DNA of 64,000 nt from Spirochaetia bacterium (GTDB lineage: Bacteria; Spirochaetota; Spirochaetia; CADAEX01), in contig CAXXHA010000001.1 of the NCBI GenBank assembly GCA_963662265.2, positions 128,001 through 192,000 of the forward strand, read 5' to 3'. The notes under the pieces are model-generated. The model searched no databases. It saw nothing but the letters and a program-made list of their open reading frames with translations, and was not told where the DNA came from. The translations under genes and the position numbers were made by a program. Positions 52,649-64,000 of this stretch are shown in pieces; the stretch's first letter is position 1; every line of letters begins with the position of its first letter.

Positions 52649-53752
52649 TTACCCGCAGCAGCAGCGATTCCTCCCCTCCTCCTTGGCCTGGTACAGAAGT
52701 TTATCTGCCCTTTTCAAAAGATCGTCCTCAACATCGCCGCTTTCTGCTTCAGTTACACCGAAACTGGCTGTTAATTTTCTACCAACTGTATTGAAATCCG
52801 TTGTTTCAATCGTATTACGTATCCTTTCCGCAATTTTACATGCTTCATTCAGCTGTGTATCATTTAAAACAATAATAAACTCTTCACCTCCGAATCGTAT
52901 AACAGCATCTGATTCTCTTGATGCATAAAGCAGGACTTCGGCAAATTGTTTTAAAACTTTATCCCCCGTATCATGTCCGTAAGTATCGTTGACAGATTTA
53001 AAATGATCTATATCTGTAAAAATACAGCAGAATGGAGTGGTTTGTTGTATTTTCATGGAAAACCTGTCTTTTAAAATAATTGACAGGTATCTACGGTTAT
53101 ATACTTGGGTCAAACTGTCTATAATTGACTGGTTTTCAAAAATGGATTTATCATGATACAGATTTCGATAATATTTTTCCCTTGAATATGAAAAGTAGAG
53201 AGATAATATATTTATAATCAGCAAGGGGAAAATTGATTGAAAAGATATAATAGAATGAGTATATAAATTATAAACAGAAACAAATAATGCCATCCCGCTG
53301 AAAAAAATTGCAGAAGATATTTTCCAGCTAATCCTCAAAGTAAATGCCACAAGTACCAAGCCGAAAATATATGCTGTGTAATTATGGTCATTCACATATT
53401 TATAATCCTTGATACTAACTGAATCTAGAATGGAAATAATGACCAATGAATAGAAAATATATGCACATGAAAGAATAATCAGCATATTTGAAATGCGGTA
53501 ATATTGTTTTCTATAGAATAAAGGCAGGACTATTCGGGTACCCAGAACTATTACAGCACCTGTCAAGTAAATCAGGAAGTAGTAAACAGCTATGTCATAA
53601 ACAAACAGGAAAAATAAATAATTTCTTACCAGAAAACCAAGAGCAGCGATTCCGAGAATGATTAAGATTCTTTTATATAAAAAAACATTACACTCCAGTT
53701 TATGAAGGAAAAAAGAAGAAGTATCTGGAGATTTATTTTTATTCTCAGCCAT
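52649..53752 (-). CDS. Membrane diguanylate cyclase
   Basis: About six TM helices; DIDHFK, RESD I-site and RFGGEEF. Confidence 0.92.
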   Translation of the reverse strand: MAENKNKSPDTSSFFLHKLECNVFLYKRILIILGIAALGFLVRNYLFFLFVYDIAVYYFLIYLTGAVIVLGTRIVLPLFYRKQYYRISNMLIILSCAYIFYSLVIISILDSVSIKDYKYVNDHNYTAYIFGLVLVAFTLRISWKISSAIFFSGMALFVSVYNLYTHSIISFQSIFPLLIINILSLYFSYSREKYYRNLYHDKSIFENQSIIDSLTQVYNRRYLSIILKDRFSMKIQQTTPFCCIFTDIDHFKSVNDTYGHDTGDKVLKQFAEVLLYASRESDAVIRFGGEEFIIVLNDTQLNEACKIAERIRNTIETTDFNTVGRKLTASFGVTEAESGDVEDDLLKRADKLLYQAKEEGRNRCCCG

Positions 53753-54022
53753 TGTCGCCTTATTCAGTTGATCTATTTAAACCGGATTATACACCATAAT
53801 AAGGATACGATAAAGCAATACAATGAATTTTAGAGCAATGAAAAAATATAGTTTTTTATTATTCTAAATTTTCTCTGATTCATTCAAAATATATCATGAT
53901 TATTTTCCAGCTTAATAACTGCACATAACTCTTAATTTTAAAATCTCATTATTTGCCTGTTAACGTTATATTCTGCAAATTTGACATATGCAATATCAGG
54001 TTGTATATTAATATCATACTTT

Positions 54023-54922
54023 ATGATTTTAATATTTGGAGAGATTCTTTATGACATGTTTCCCGGAGGTAAAAGACTGGGGGGCGCACCTTTTAATTTT
54101 GCCTATCACCTTAAAAAACTTGGTTTTGATGTCAGATTTATATCAAGAGTTGCCAGAGATGAAAATGGATTGGAAATTCTTGATTTCCTGTCAAATAATA
54201 ATTTCAATATAGATGATATACAAATCGAGAAAAATAATAAAACCGGAATTGTAAAAATAGTAATGTCGGATAATGGAGAACATTATTTTGATATTATTAA
54301 AAATGTCGCTTATGACAATTTGGAATTTACCGACAGTATCAGAGAATTGATTAACAAATCTCCTGAATTGATTTATTTTGGAACATTACTGCAAAGATCA
54401 GAAAATGGTTTTAAAACAATAGATTCAATACTAAAAACATCGTACAGGAAAACTGAATTATTCTGCGATCTGAATCTGAGACCAGACTGTTATAATAAAG
54501 AAATAATTAAACGATCTTTATTATATTCAAACCTTCTTAAAATTAACAATGATGAACTTCAGGAAATCAATGATTTATTACTGGAAGAAAAGATTCAGGA
54601 TCCGGCTGTTCTTTTAGATAAATATGACATTTCTAATTTAATTATCACCAAAGGTGAAAATGGAAGTTTATGGTTAAATAAACAATACAAACAGCAAAAC
54701 GAGGCGGTAAAAGTAAAGAATATTGCAGATACTGTCGGAGCAGGAGATGCTTTTTCAGCTGTTGCAGCTGCAGGATATTTAAAGAAGCTACCGGAAAAAC
54801 AAATACTTAATTTAAGCTCAGAGTTTGCTTCTTATATTTGTTCTATAAATGGCGCCCTGCCGGAAACAGACGATTTTTATAGATATTTAAAAAGAGAAAT
54901 GGAGAAAAAGAATGAAAAATAA
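54023..54922 (+). CDS. PfkB-family fructokinase
   Basis: GEIL.D, GGAPFN, DLNLR and DTVGAGDAF motifs. Confidence 0.88.
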   Translation: MILIFGEILYDMFPGGKRLGGAPFNFAYHLKKLGFDVRFISRVARDENGLEILDFLSNNNFNIDDIQIEKNNKTGIVKIVMSDNGEHYFDIIKNVAYDNLEFTDSIRELINKSPELIYFGTLLQRSENGFKTIDSILKTSYRKTELFCDLNLRPDCYNKEIIKRSLLYSNLLKINNDELQEINDLLLEEKIQDPAVLLDKYDISNLIITKGENGSLWLNKQYKQQNEAVKVKNIADTVGAGDAFSAVAAAGYLKKLPEKQILNLSSEFASYICSINGALPETDDFYRYLKREMEKKNEK

Positions 54923-57114
54923 AGGTTTATATATTCAAATGTTCAGTATACATGGACTTGTACGCGCGGAAAACATGCAGCTTGGACATGATGCAGATAC
55001 AGGGGGACAGATTAAATATGTTATTGAACTTTGCAATGAACTTTCCAAAAACAAGAATGTAGAACGTGTTGATTTATTCACAAGACTGATTTCCGATAAA
55101 AGAGTTTCAGATGATTACAGTATTAAAGAGGAGATTATCAACGATAAATTCCGTATTAACAGAATACAGTGCGGCGGACGTAAATATTTAAGAAAAGAAC
55201 TGCTGTGGCCTCATCTGGATGAATTTATAGACAAAACAATTAAGTATATAAAAAAAGAAAACAGAGTTCCTGATGTTGTTCATGGACATTATGCAGACGG
55301 AGGATATATAGCCGGAGAAATTTCCAGAATATTTGATATACCTTTTATTTTCACAGGGCATTCACTTGGAAGAGTAAAAAAAGAAAAACTGATCAATGAT
55401 GGATTATCTGAACAGGAAATAAATAAACTTTATAAAATTGACTGGCGAATAGATGTTGAAGAATCTGTTTTAAACAAAGCAGATTTAGTTGTAACAAGCA
55501 CAAATCAGGAAGTAAACGAGCAGTATATATTATACACCAATAATCAGAAAACAGATTATAAAGTTATTCCGCCGGGGATTGATCTGTCGAAATTTTATCC
55601 GTATTATGAAGCTCAATTTACAGAACAGGAAAACAGAGATGAGCAGTATTTTGCTAAATCTGCAATATTAAAAGAGCTTAATCATTTTTTCCAATACCCG
55701 GACAAACCTCTCGTCCTTGCTCTCTGCAGACCTGATAAGAGAAAAAATATCGAAGGTCTTATTAAAGCTTATGGAGAAGACTATGATCTTCAGGCTATAG
55801 CAAATCTTGCAATCTATGCAGGGATAAGAAAAGATATTTCAGATAAAGAAGAAAATGAAAGAGAAGTTCTTACAAAGATGCTTCTCCTCATGGATAAATA
55901 CAATCTGTACGGAAAAATGGCAATACCGAAAAAACATGATTTTGAATTCGAGGTTCCGGAATTATACAGAATTGCAGCAGAAAAGGGAGGCGTGTTTGTT
56001 AATGCAGCCTTAACCGAACCTTTTGGAATCACACTCCTGGAAGCTTCAGCTACAGGCCTTCCGCTGGTCGCAACTAAAGATGGTGGCCCGAACGATATTA
56101 TCGGCAATTGTAAAAGCGGTATTCTAGTAGATCCGTCAGATATTAATGCTATTTCATCAGCAGTTAAAAAAATAATGGTTCATGAAGATCTATGGAACAA
56201 ATTCTCACGAAACGGGGTTCTCAAAACACGGGAATATTATTCCTGGGATAATCATGTGAACAATTACTTAAAACAGTTATATGAAATATCAAAAAAAACA
56301 TTTGAATCCGGAAGTAAAAACTATTAACAGAAAAAAACAGGTTGGGAAACGGCTCACAGACCTGGAATACATGCTTGTAACTGATATTGATAATACCCTT
56401 ATTGGCGGTCCGGAAGGTAATATAAAAAGACTAATGACAATACTTAAGGAAAATGAAAATAAAATAGGTTTTGCAGTCGCGGACAGGAAGGGATCTTGAA
56501 TCAGCTGTTGAGGTTCTTGAAAAAAACAATGTGATCAAACCGGACATCATTATATCATCAGTCGGATCAGAAATCTTTTACGGTCCGGAACATTACTATG
56601 ATAAGGATGGGAAACCCATATTTCAAAACGGTGGAAACCTGAACAGATTATTAATATTTTGAAAACTTTTGATTTTCTTAAATTTCAAAAAGCTGATGCT
56701 CAGAAAAAATTTAAAATCAGCTGTGAAATACAACCAGTCAAGGATTATCTTACTGCTATTCACAACAAGCTTAATTACAATGGATTACGATATAATCTGA
56801 TATACTCTCACAATAAATTCCTCGATATACTTCCTTTCAGGGCATCAAAAGGAAAAGCGTTAAGATATATCAGTTATAAATGGAATATCCCTTTAAGTAA
56901 TTTTATTGTATGCGGTGATTCCGGAAATGATGAAGAAATGCTCAGAGGCGATACTTCGGCAATTGTCGTAGGTAATTACAGCAGTGAACTTGAAAAACTG
57001 AAGAAATCCAGAAATGTTTATTTTTCCAAAAACAGTTTCGCTTCAGGAATCATTGAAGGACTTGTTTATTACAGAAATAAAAAGAAGAGGGTTGATTATG
57101 GCAATACAAAATAA
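54912..57114 (+). CDS. sps: Bifunctional sucrose-phosphate synthase/HAD phosphatase, frameshifted
   Basis: GT4 SPS motifs IHGLVR, DADTGGQIKYV, HGHYAD and EPFGITLLEA; the HAD part (TDIDNTL, LDILP.RASKG, GDSGND) lies in shifted frames. Confidence 0.88.
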
Positions 57115-58549
57115 AGTACAGATTATAACATATCCAGACAGCCTGGGAGCCAACATTCCTGAAATTACATTATGTGTTAAGAAGATTTTTAAAAAATGCA
57201 ATTGGAGGAGTTCATATTCTTCCTTTTTATCCGTCCTCGTCAGACAGGGGATTTGCCCCAATAACTTATGATGAAGTTGATCCTGTTTTCGGAAAATGGA
57301 GCGATGTTGAAAAAATCGGAAAAGATTTTGATCTTGTTATAGATTTCATGATTAACCATATTTCAAGACAATCTGAGTTTTTTATTGATTATATAGAAAA
57401 AGGTGAAAACAGCGAGTATGCTGATATGTTTTTCAGTTTCAATAAGTTAAGTCCGGATGGATGGATTCCTGACGATGTACTTGAAAAAGTATATACAAGA
57501 AAACCCCGCCCGCCCTACCTTGTTCTGGAGCGCCCCAACGGAGCACTGGAAAAAATCTGGTGTACTTTTGATTATGAGCAGATTGATCTTGATTATAATT
57601 CTGCAAAAACAAAAGAAGTTATGAGAAAGTTTTTGATAAGACTTGCAAGAAACAGGCCTAAAATGATCAGGCTTGATGCTGTCGGGTACACAACCCTGAA
57701 ACTCGGAACAAACTGTTTTTTTGTTGAGCCGGAGATCTGGGAAGTAATTGAATGGTTTGAGGATTATGTTTCTGCCTTTGATACAGAAATCATCCCCGAA
57801 GTGCACGAACACTACAATTACCAGCTTAAGCTTTCAGAGAAAGGGTATTGGGCATATGATTTTGCTCTTCCCATGCTTGTCCTTCATGCACTTTTCTTCA
57901 ACACAAACAAGAACCTTGTCAACTGGTTTAATATATGCCCCAGAAAACAGATAACTACTCTTGATACACATGATGGTATAGGTGTTGTTGATGTTGTGGA
58001 TTTAATGGAAAAAGAAGAAATTGACAATACAATTAATATTTTATATGAGCAGGGATCAAATGTTAAAAAAAAATATTCAGGCCCGGAATACAAGAATCTG
58101 GATATTTATCAGGTTAACTGTACATATTATTCCGCACTGGGAAGTAATGATGACGCATATATTACAGCAAGAACAATTCAGTTCTTCGCCCCCGGCATAC
58201 CTCAGGTCTATTATGTCGGATTACTTGCCGGTGAAAACGATACTGAACTTGCAGAAAAAACACACCAGGGAAGAGACATAAACAGGCACAACTACACACT
58301 TGATGAAATAAGGACAGAAATTGAAAAAACCTGTAGTAAAAAGACTGCTGAAACTGATGGAGTTTAGAAGTAATTATCCTGCTTTTAACGGAGACTTTTC
58401 AGTAGTTGAATCAGATGATGATTCCCTTGTTCTTGACTGGAGCCTTGATGAGTTTTCAGGCTACAGCATATATTGATCTCAAATACTACAAAACAAAGAT
58501 TATTTACAAAGACGAAGAAACCCTGAGAAATATTATTTTTAAGGTGTAG
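57098..58549 (+). CDS. gtfA: Sucrose phosphorylase (GH13_18), frameshifted at both ends
   Basis: NKVQIITYPDSLG, RLDAVGY, EVH, LDTHDGIG and NLDIYQVN motifs; the end coordinate is approximate. Confidence 0.85.
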
Positions 58550-58680
58550 CATCGCAATCTCATGATAGTTCAAAACCTGTACAATTGCCTGCTTGAATGA
58601 TTATTAATTTAATACAAGCAAGCAATGATACAGATAATCAGGCATCCTTTAGAGATTCATTCAATATATTTGCTGTTAAA

Positions 58681-59905
58681 TCAGGCGATCGAACGGTCTT
58701 TGCCGTAATATATTACATTTTTATAATTAACAGGATCTGTATCGCCTTCTGTGCTTATAAACAGAACAACAGAGTCACTGTTCAATCCAAGTGAATTCTT
58801 CAATTCAGACAGTTCACTTTTTCTCATGACAAGATCAATAAGTCCCACGCCGACAGATCCTGATTCTCCTGATACGATTTTTTTATCAAGGCCGACAGGA
58901 TTGGCCAGTATTCTCATTCCATTTGCAGATATGAAATCAGGGCATGATATATATGCAGAAGCAAAATCCCTTAATATTTCCCATGTAACTGTGTTAGGCT
59001 CTCCGCATGCAAGACCTGCCATTGCTGTATTCAGATCCCCTTCCACGCGATGAGGCTTGCCGTCATTGGCAAGAGCTGATTTATATATGCATGCTGCCTC
59101 ATTCGGCTCTACAATAACTGTAATAGGGGGCTCTCCATTGAATCGGTTCACATAATACCCGAGAACTCCACCTGCCATTGCGCCTACCCCGGCCTGCAGA
59201 AAAATATGGGTCGGTTTATCAACACCGGTTTCTTCAAGCTGAGTCTGCATTTCATCAGCCATAGTCATATAGCCCTGGGAAATCCAGTTCGGTATTTTTT
59301 TCATAACCTTCAAACGCTGTGTCCTGTACAAGGATCCATCCGTTCTCTTCACCTTTTTGAGTAGCGAATCTTACAGCATCATCATAGTTCAGATCTGTAA
59401 CATGTGTTTCCGCCCCTGCATTTTTTATAGCATCAACCCTTGACTTTGCAGCCCCCTTCGGTAGAAAGACTACAGATCTGCATCCAAGCTGAGTTGCGGC
59501 CCAGGCTATTCCCCTTCCGTGATTACCATCAGTTGCAGTTACAAATACAACATCCTTTATCTTTTCATTTATTTCCCTTGACTTGAAGTAATCAAAGGAA
59601 ACTTCATCAATATTCTTGCCAAGCCTATCACAGAGAATCCTTGCAATTGAGTAAGTACCTCCAAGACTTTTAAATGCATTAAGGCCGAACCTGTGAGATT
59701 CATCTTTAACATAAATTCCCTTAACACCTATTTCAGCTGCCAGGCTATCAAGTCCCACCAGCGGAGTTTCTTTATATCCTGTCATTGAAGAGTGGAATTT
59801 TCTTACACTTTCAACTTCCTTCATGTTAAAAAGCTCAGGTAAACCATTATTCACAACATTGCTGGCTACTGCTTTAATTCCCAATACTTCGTCAAACACT
59901 TTCAT
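58681..59905 (-). CDS. dpaL: Diaminopropionate ammonia-lyase, frameshift at the homopolymer near 59300
   Basis: KDESHRFGLNAFKSLG, TATDGNHG, QDTA, QAGVG, MAGLACGEP and STEGDTDP motifs. Confidence 0.92.
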
Positions 59906-59938
59906 ATGTTTACCTCCCGGTTATTTTTACAATAATCA

Positions 59939-59954
59939 TGCAACTATCATACCA
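59939..59954 (-). promoter_or_regulatory. Sigma54 -24/-12 promoter
   Basis: TGGTATGATAGTTGCA upstream of dpaL. Confidence 0.8.
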
Positions 59955-60092
59955 ACTTCAGGGATAAGCCATATTTAACTTACATTTCTATAAATACCCC
60001 TGTTTTTATAATATTTTATTTGTCTAATCAGTATTTATGAGAAATTTTATTCGGTTTTTCATTTAAATTATACGATTGATAAGAGGAATAAT

Positions 60093-60128
60093 ATTATCAT
60101 TATGATAATGATATATCATTTTGATAAT
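60093..60128. promoter_or_regulatory. Putative enhancer (UAS) for the dpaL activator
   Basis: Tandem palindromes TTATCATTATGATAA and TATCATTTTGATA, about 140-170 bp upstream of the sigma54 site. Confidence 0.55.
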
Positions 60129-61870
60129 CAGGAGATGCCGTATTTCTTCATTTTCCTGTAAAGAGTTGCTATTCCAATACCTAGTTTATCAGCAGCAATT
60201 TTCTTTGAATCCATATCTGCCCCGCAGAGATCAAGTGCTTTCTGAATAATTTTTCTCTCCATTTTCTCAAGGTTCAAATCCTCAACTTCAAAATTTATAG
60301 GACTTGAAGTTATTTTTTTTGGGAAGGAGATCAGCTTTTATAATTTCAGGGTGACCGAGCATGATTACAACATATTCTATAGTATTCTGAAGCTCCCTGA
60401 TATTCCCGGGCCAGGAATACTTTTCAAGGCAATCATAAAAATCATTTTCAACTTTTATCACTTTTTTATCAAAAAGATCTGAATACTTCTTGATAAAAAT
60501 AATTTGAAAGTTCTTTTACTATCATCTCCCCTTTCACGGAGAGGGGGAAGAACAAGGGGAATAACATTCAGCCTGTAATACAGATCTTCCCTGAATGTTT
60601 TTTCAGATATCATTTCTTCAAGGTTTTTATTTGTTGCAGCAAATAACCCGTACATCAATCTTTATAGTCCGGTTTGAACCGACCCTGACAATTTCCCGCT
60701 CTTCAAGTGCCCTGAGCAGTTTCACCTGCACATACAGAGGCATGTCGCCAATCTCATCAAGAAACAATGTCCCCTTATTTGCAAGTTCAAATTTACCTAT
60801 TTTACCTCTCGGATCTGCGCCGGTAAATGCCCCTTTGTTGTACCCGAACAGTTCACTTTCTATAAGATTCTCAGGAATGGCTCCGCAATTAATTGCGATA
60901 AAAGGTTCATTGGCACGGTCACTTTCTTCATGAAGAGCTCTTGCAAGAAGCTCTTTACCTGTACCGCTTTCGCCATGAATAAAAACAGTTGAATTTGTCT
61001 TTGCAACCATTTTAACCTTGTTTTTCAGTGCTGTTACCCGGGGAGAATTTCCCTGTGTTCTCTCAAGTCCTATCTTTTCCTTTGATGTAGCCAGAGTCCG
61101 TGCCTGCTCCCGAACCATATCGGCATCTTTAAAAATAAATAATTTATGATATTCACCAATATTGATTTGATATATCTTACCTACAAGATTATGCTTTATG
61201 CTGTTTATTTCAAGAATAACTTCTGCTGAATCAAGTATATAGTTGCCGGTAACTTCTATTTTTATTTTTTGCTCTTTTTTCAATTTTTCCGATATCAAGC
61301 ATTTTTTCTGCAATAATATTGGTTTTTGATATTCTAAAATTCCGGTCATATACAATAACGCCCTGATCAATTTTATTAATTATTTTATTAAGGAGATCAA
61401 TAAAAACAATTCTTTTGTCATTTTCAAAAACTTCAAATGCTTTCGATGCAATAAGTTCGGAAATATTATTTGAGAAATCCACAAATGTATTAAAATTCTC
61501 AGTCAGATGTCTTTTCTGCTCTTCTGTAAAACAGATAAAGCCGATAACCCCTATGACCTGATTTTCAAGTTTTATCGGGTGTACTTATTTCATAAACTTC
61601 ATCACAGTTGTCTTTTTTTGAACACTGGCTGCAGACGCTGTCTTTACCGGGGTTTTCAATTATTCTCATTTCACCGGTTTTCTATTACTTCACGGTAGGC
61701 ACATCCTTCATCAGCCTCTATTCCTGTTGATTTTCTTTTCAAACCTGCCGGTTCCGCATATTCTTTCCAGATTACTGTCAGCAACTTCAACATCCACTTT
61801 AAGAACTTCAGACAATACTGCAGCATATTTACCTACAGTATCCTGCATTTTTTTTAAAAACATGTTCCAT
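60128..61870 (-). CDS. YgeV-like sigma54-dependent activator, with multiple frameshifts
   Basis: Fragments [45 protein letters not shown] and GIATLYRK. Confidence 0.82.
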
Positions 61871-62068
61871 TAAGTTACCAGCTCCTCCAAAAAAAAAATA
61901 ATGAATTGTGTACCTGCAGTGCAGCTTTATTATATCTGCATATGCCTTACATCAACAGTACTTTAAATAATACTTCAAATAAGCTGTCAATTGAAGAACA
62001 ACATGAAAATAGTGTTTTCAGATTATGCGTTTTATCAATAATTTACAATGCTTGAGATTCAGCTGAGA

Positions 62069-62869
62069 TCAGTCTTTTGACATGTACCTGTTTTTAAATG
62101 TTATCGGGCTTACTCCGACCTGCTTCTTGAACAGAATACCGAAATACTTGGGATCGTTGTATCCGACTCTTTCAGCTACCTCATAAATTTTTATGCGGTG
62201 ATCTTTTAGAAGCTTGATTGCTTCCCTGATTCTGTAGCTGGTCAGGTATTCAACAAAAGTATATCCCATATAGCTTTTAAACAGCCTGCTTAGATAACTT
62301 TCACTTATCTCAAGCTCAAAAGCTGCATCGCTGATACCTATATTTTCACTGTAGTGATTTTCAATCCATTCCAGTGCCTTTGTTACATATTTCTGCCTGC
62401 TGTCATTATGTGTATCAAAACCCTCTTCCCGGGCAAGGATTTCCTTTCCTTCCTGAATCAGCTGGCTCTGCTCCTGCTGCCTGGCTATACGTTGTTTTTT
62501 TTCTATGTTTAAAATTACCTTTCTCAGTATTCGGTAAAAATCATCATCATCGATAGGCTTGAGCAGGTAGTCCCTGACCCCCAGCTTGATAGCCTGCTGG
62601 GCATAACTGAAATCACTGTATCCCGATATAATTATATACTCGGCATTTGAAACATGCTCCAGTTTTCTTATCATTTCTATACCATCCATTACAGGCATAT
62701 TGACATCAGTAATAACAATGTCAGGCTTCAGTTTTTCAATCAGGTCATACCCTTCCTGCCCGTCACCGGCTTCCCCTATAACTTTGCAGCCGAATTCTTC
62801 CCAGGGAGTTGTAACAACCATCCCTTTCCTGATATAGGATTCATCCTCAACAATTACTATACCGATCAC
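62069..62869 (-). CDS. YesN-like response regulator (REC-AraC)
   Basis: VEDE, ITDVNMP and YLLKP receiver motifs; C-terminal AraC HTH. Confidence 0.93.
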   Translation of the reverse strand: MIGIVIVEDESYIRKGMVVTTPWEEFGCKVIGEAGDGQEGYDLIEKLKPDIVITDVNMPVMDGIEMIRKLEHVSNAEYIIISGYSDFSYAQQAIKLGVRDYLLKPIDDDDFYRILRKVILNIEKKQRIARQQEQSQLIQEGKEILAREEGFDTHNDSRQKYVTKALEWIENHYSENIGISDAAFELEISESYLSRLFKSYMGYTFVEYLTSYRIREAIKLLKDHRIKIYEVAERVGYNDPKYFGILFKKQVGVSPITFKNRYMSKD

Positions 62870-64000
62870 AGCAGGTCTCCTTCCATGGTACTCGGCATCC
62901 TGATTACAACCTCTGTACCATGGGTCTTACTGTTAATGCTTACTCCGAAATCTTTACCGAAATACATTTTAATCCGCTTATCAACATTGTAGATTCCGAT
63001 ATGATTTTCAGGCCTTTCAAAGGTAAGCTCCTCGATTTCCTGTTCAGTCATACCTATTCCATTATCGTAAACCCGGAATTCTATGACTCTGCAATTTCCC
63101 TCTTCTTCAGAACAATCACAGTCACGGAACCTGCCTGTAATGGTTATTATTCCGTCGCTTTTATTTGTCTTGCCGAATCCGTGGATAATAGAGTTCTCAA
63201 TAAACGGCTGAAGAATCAGCCTGGGGATCTTACAGTCCATCAACGCAGGATCTATTTCTGTTATAACTTCAAAACTGTTATTATACTTGATTCTCTGAAT
63301 TGCCAGATAGCTGTTTATAAATTCAATATTGCTCCGTATTGTCAGAAATTCATCAACACTGTCTATGGAAAACCTGAGCAGCCGGGCAAGATTGGTTACA
63401 ACACTTATTGTTTCCTCATTTCGTCCCAGTTTTACACTCCATTTTATTACATCCAGTGTATTGTAAATAAAATGAGGTTTAATCTGGGCCTGAAGCATTT
63501 TAATTTCCGTTGTGCGCAGTTGTTTCTGCTTTTCAAGTACCTGGTCCATATATATATTCAGCCGGTCAAGCATCTGGTTGAAATATTTCCCCAGGTCCCC
63601 GATTTCATCCCTGTTCCTGATATCAGCCCGTATCTCAAGAGCACCTTTTTCAACTTCATTCATAACACTGATAAGCTCTTTAATCGGACGGGATATTGAT
63701 CTTGCCTGCAGGACAGCAAGGATAACAGATGCGAACAAACTGAATACACTTCCGACAATTACAATCAGCGTCAGTATCTGCTTGAAAGCATGAAAGATGT
63801 TTGAGGAAACATTGACGATGGTAACAGTGTTAAGCCTGTTGTCCCTGTGTTCAAGGTGAAGAAATGTATTATTTCCAGTCAGCTGTTTTATAGGTTTGTG
63901 AGTTCTGATTTTCTCAAAATCCATATACGATGCCTGCTGAAATTTCCCTTCCATTTCACTGTTGACAGTATCAAACAGGGTATATCCGTTTTCATCAAGT
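62866..64000 (-). CDS. YesM-like sensor histidine kinase, 5' part outside the window
   Basis: HAMP (DEIGDL), QIKPHFIYNTL, LQPFIENSI.HG and DNGIG motifs. Confidence 0.92.
   Translation of the reverse strand, partial: LDENGYTLFDTVNSEMEGKFQQASYMDFEKIRTHKPIKQLTGNNTFLHLEHRDNRLNTVTIVNVSSNIFHAFKQILTLIVIVGSVFSLFASVILAVLQARSISRPIKELISVMNEVEKGALEIRADIRNRDEIGDLGKYFNQMLDRLNIYMDQVLEKQKQLRTTEIKMLQAQIKPHFIYNTLDVIKWSVKLGRNEETISVVTNLARLLRFSIDSVDEFLTIRSNIEFINSYLAIQRIKYNNSFEVITEIDPALMDCKIPRLILQPFIENSIIHGFGKTNKSDGIITITGRFRDCDCSEEEGNCRVIEFRVYDNGIGMTEQEIEELTFERPENHIGIYNVDKRIKMYFGKDFGVSINSKTHGTEVVIRMPSTMEGDLL

Noticed and set aside
56290-56660. Programmed frameshift separating the SPS and SPP domains
   Set aside because: Three separate shifts occur here and similar indels affect all neighbouring genes, which favours sequencing error.
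1-64000. CRISPR array, tRNA/rRNA, retron or DGR reverse transcriptase, defence system
   Set aside because: I saw no regularly spaced repeats, cloverleaf structures, or RT/nuclease motifs; a covariance-model search could still find small RNAs.

Overview
AT-rich bacterial accessory and metabolic region, probably from a free-living anaerobic spirochaete (inferred from a PilZN3/PlzA-like protein, spirochaete-style lipoproteins and a dCache MCP). No rRNA, tRNA or CRISPR array was seen. Main contents: (1) an AtuA-like/DUF4387 enzyme pair with a TctCBA transporter; (2) an intact IS21 element with TG...CA ends and a 6-bp target duplication that splits a CMD/AhpD gene; (3) several eroded copies of one integrase-core IS scattered in intergenic DNA; (4) a DeoR-linked AfuABC-like ABC transporter followed by an AraM-type glycerol-1-phosphate dehydrogenase; (5) three sigma54 amino-acid catabolic modules, each with a visible -24/-12 promoter and its own activator: ATC-hydrolase-like/NhaC/cysteine desulfidase, threonine aldolase/DAACS/threonine dehydratase, and diaminopropionate ammonia-lyase; (6) a fructokinase/SPS-SPP/sucrose phosphorylase cluster; (7) several c-di-GMP genes. 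Frameshifts cluster at 28.5-31.2 kb, 46.0 kb and 56.3-61.9 kb, often at homopolymers, and may be sequencing errors. The best candidates for undescribed systems are the putative glycerol-1-phosphate scavenging operon and the thiazoline/cysteine-derivative catabolic operon. All family calls come from recognising motifs by eye; no database searches were run.
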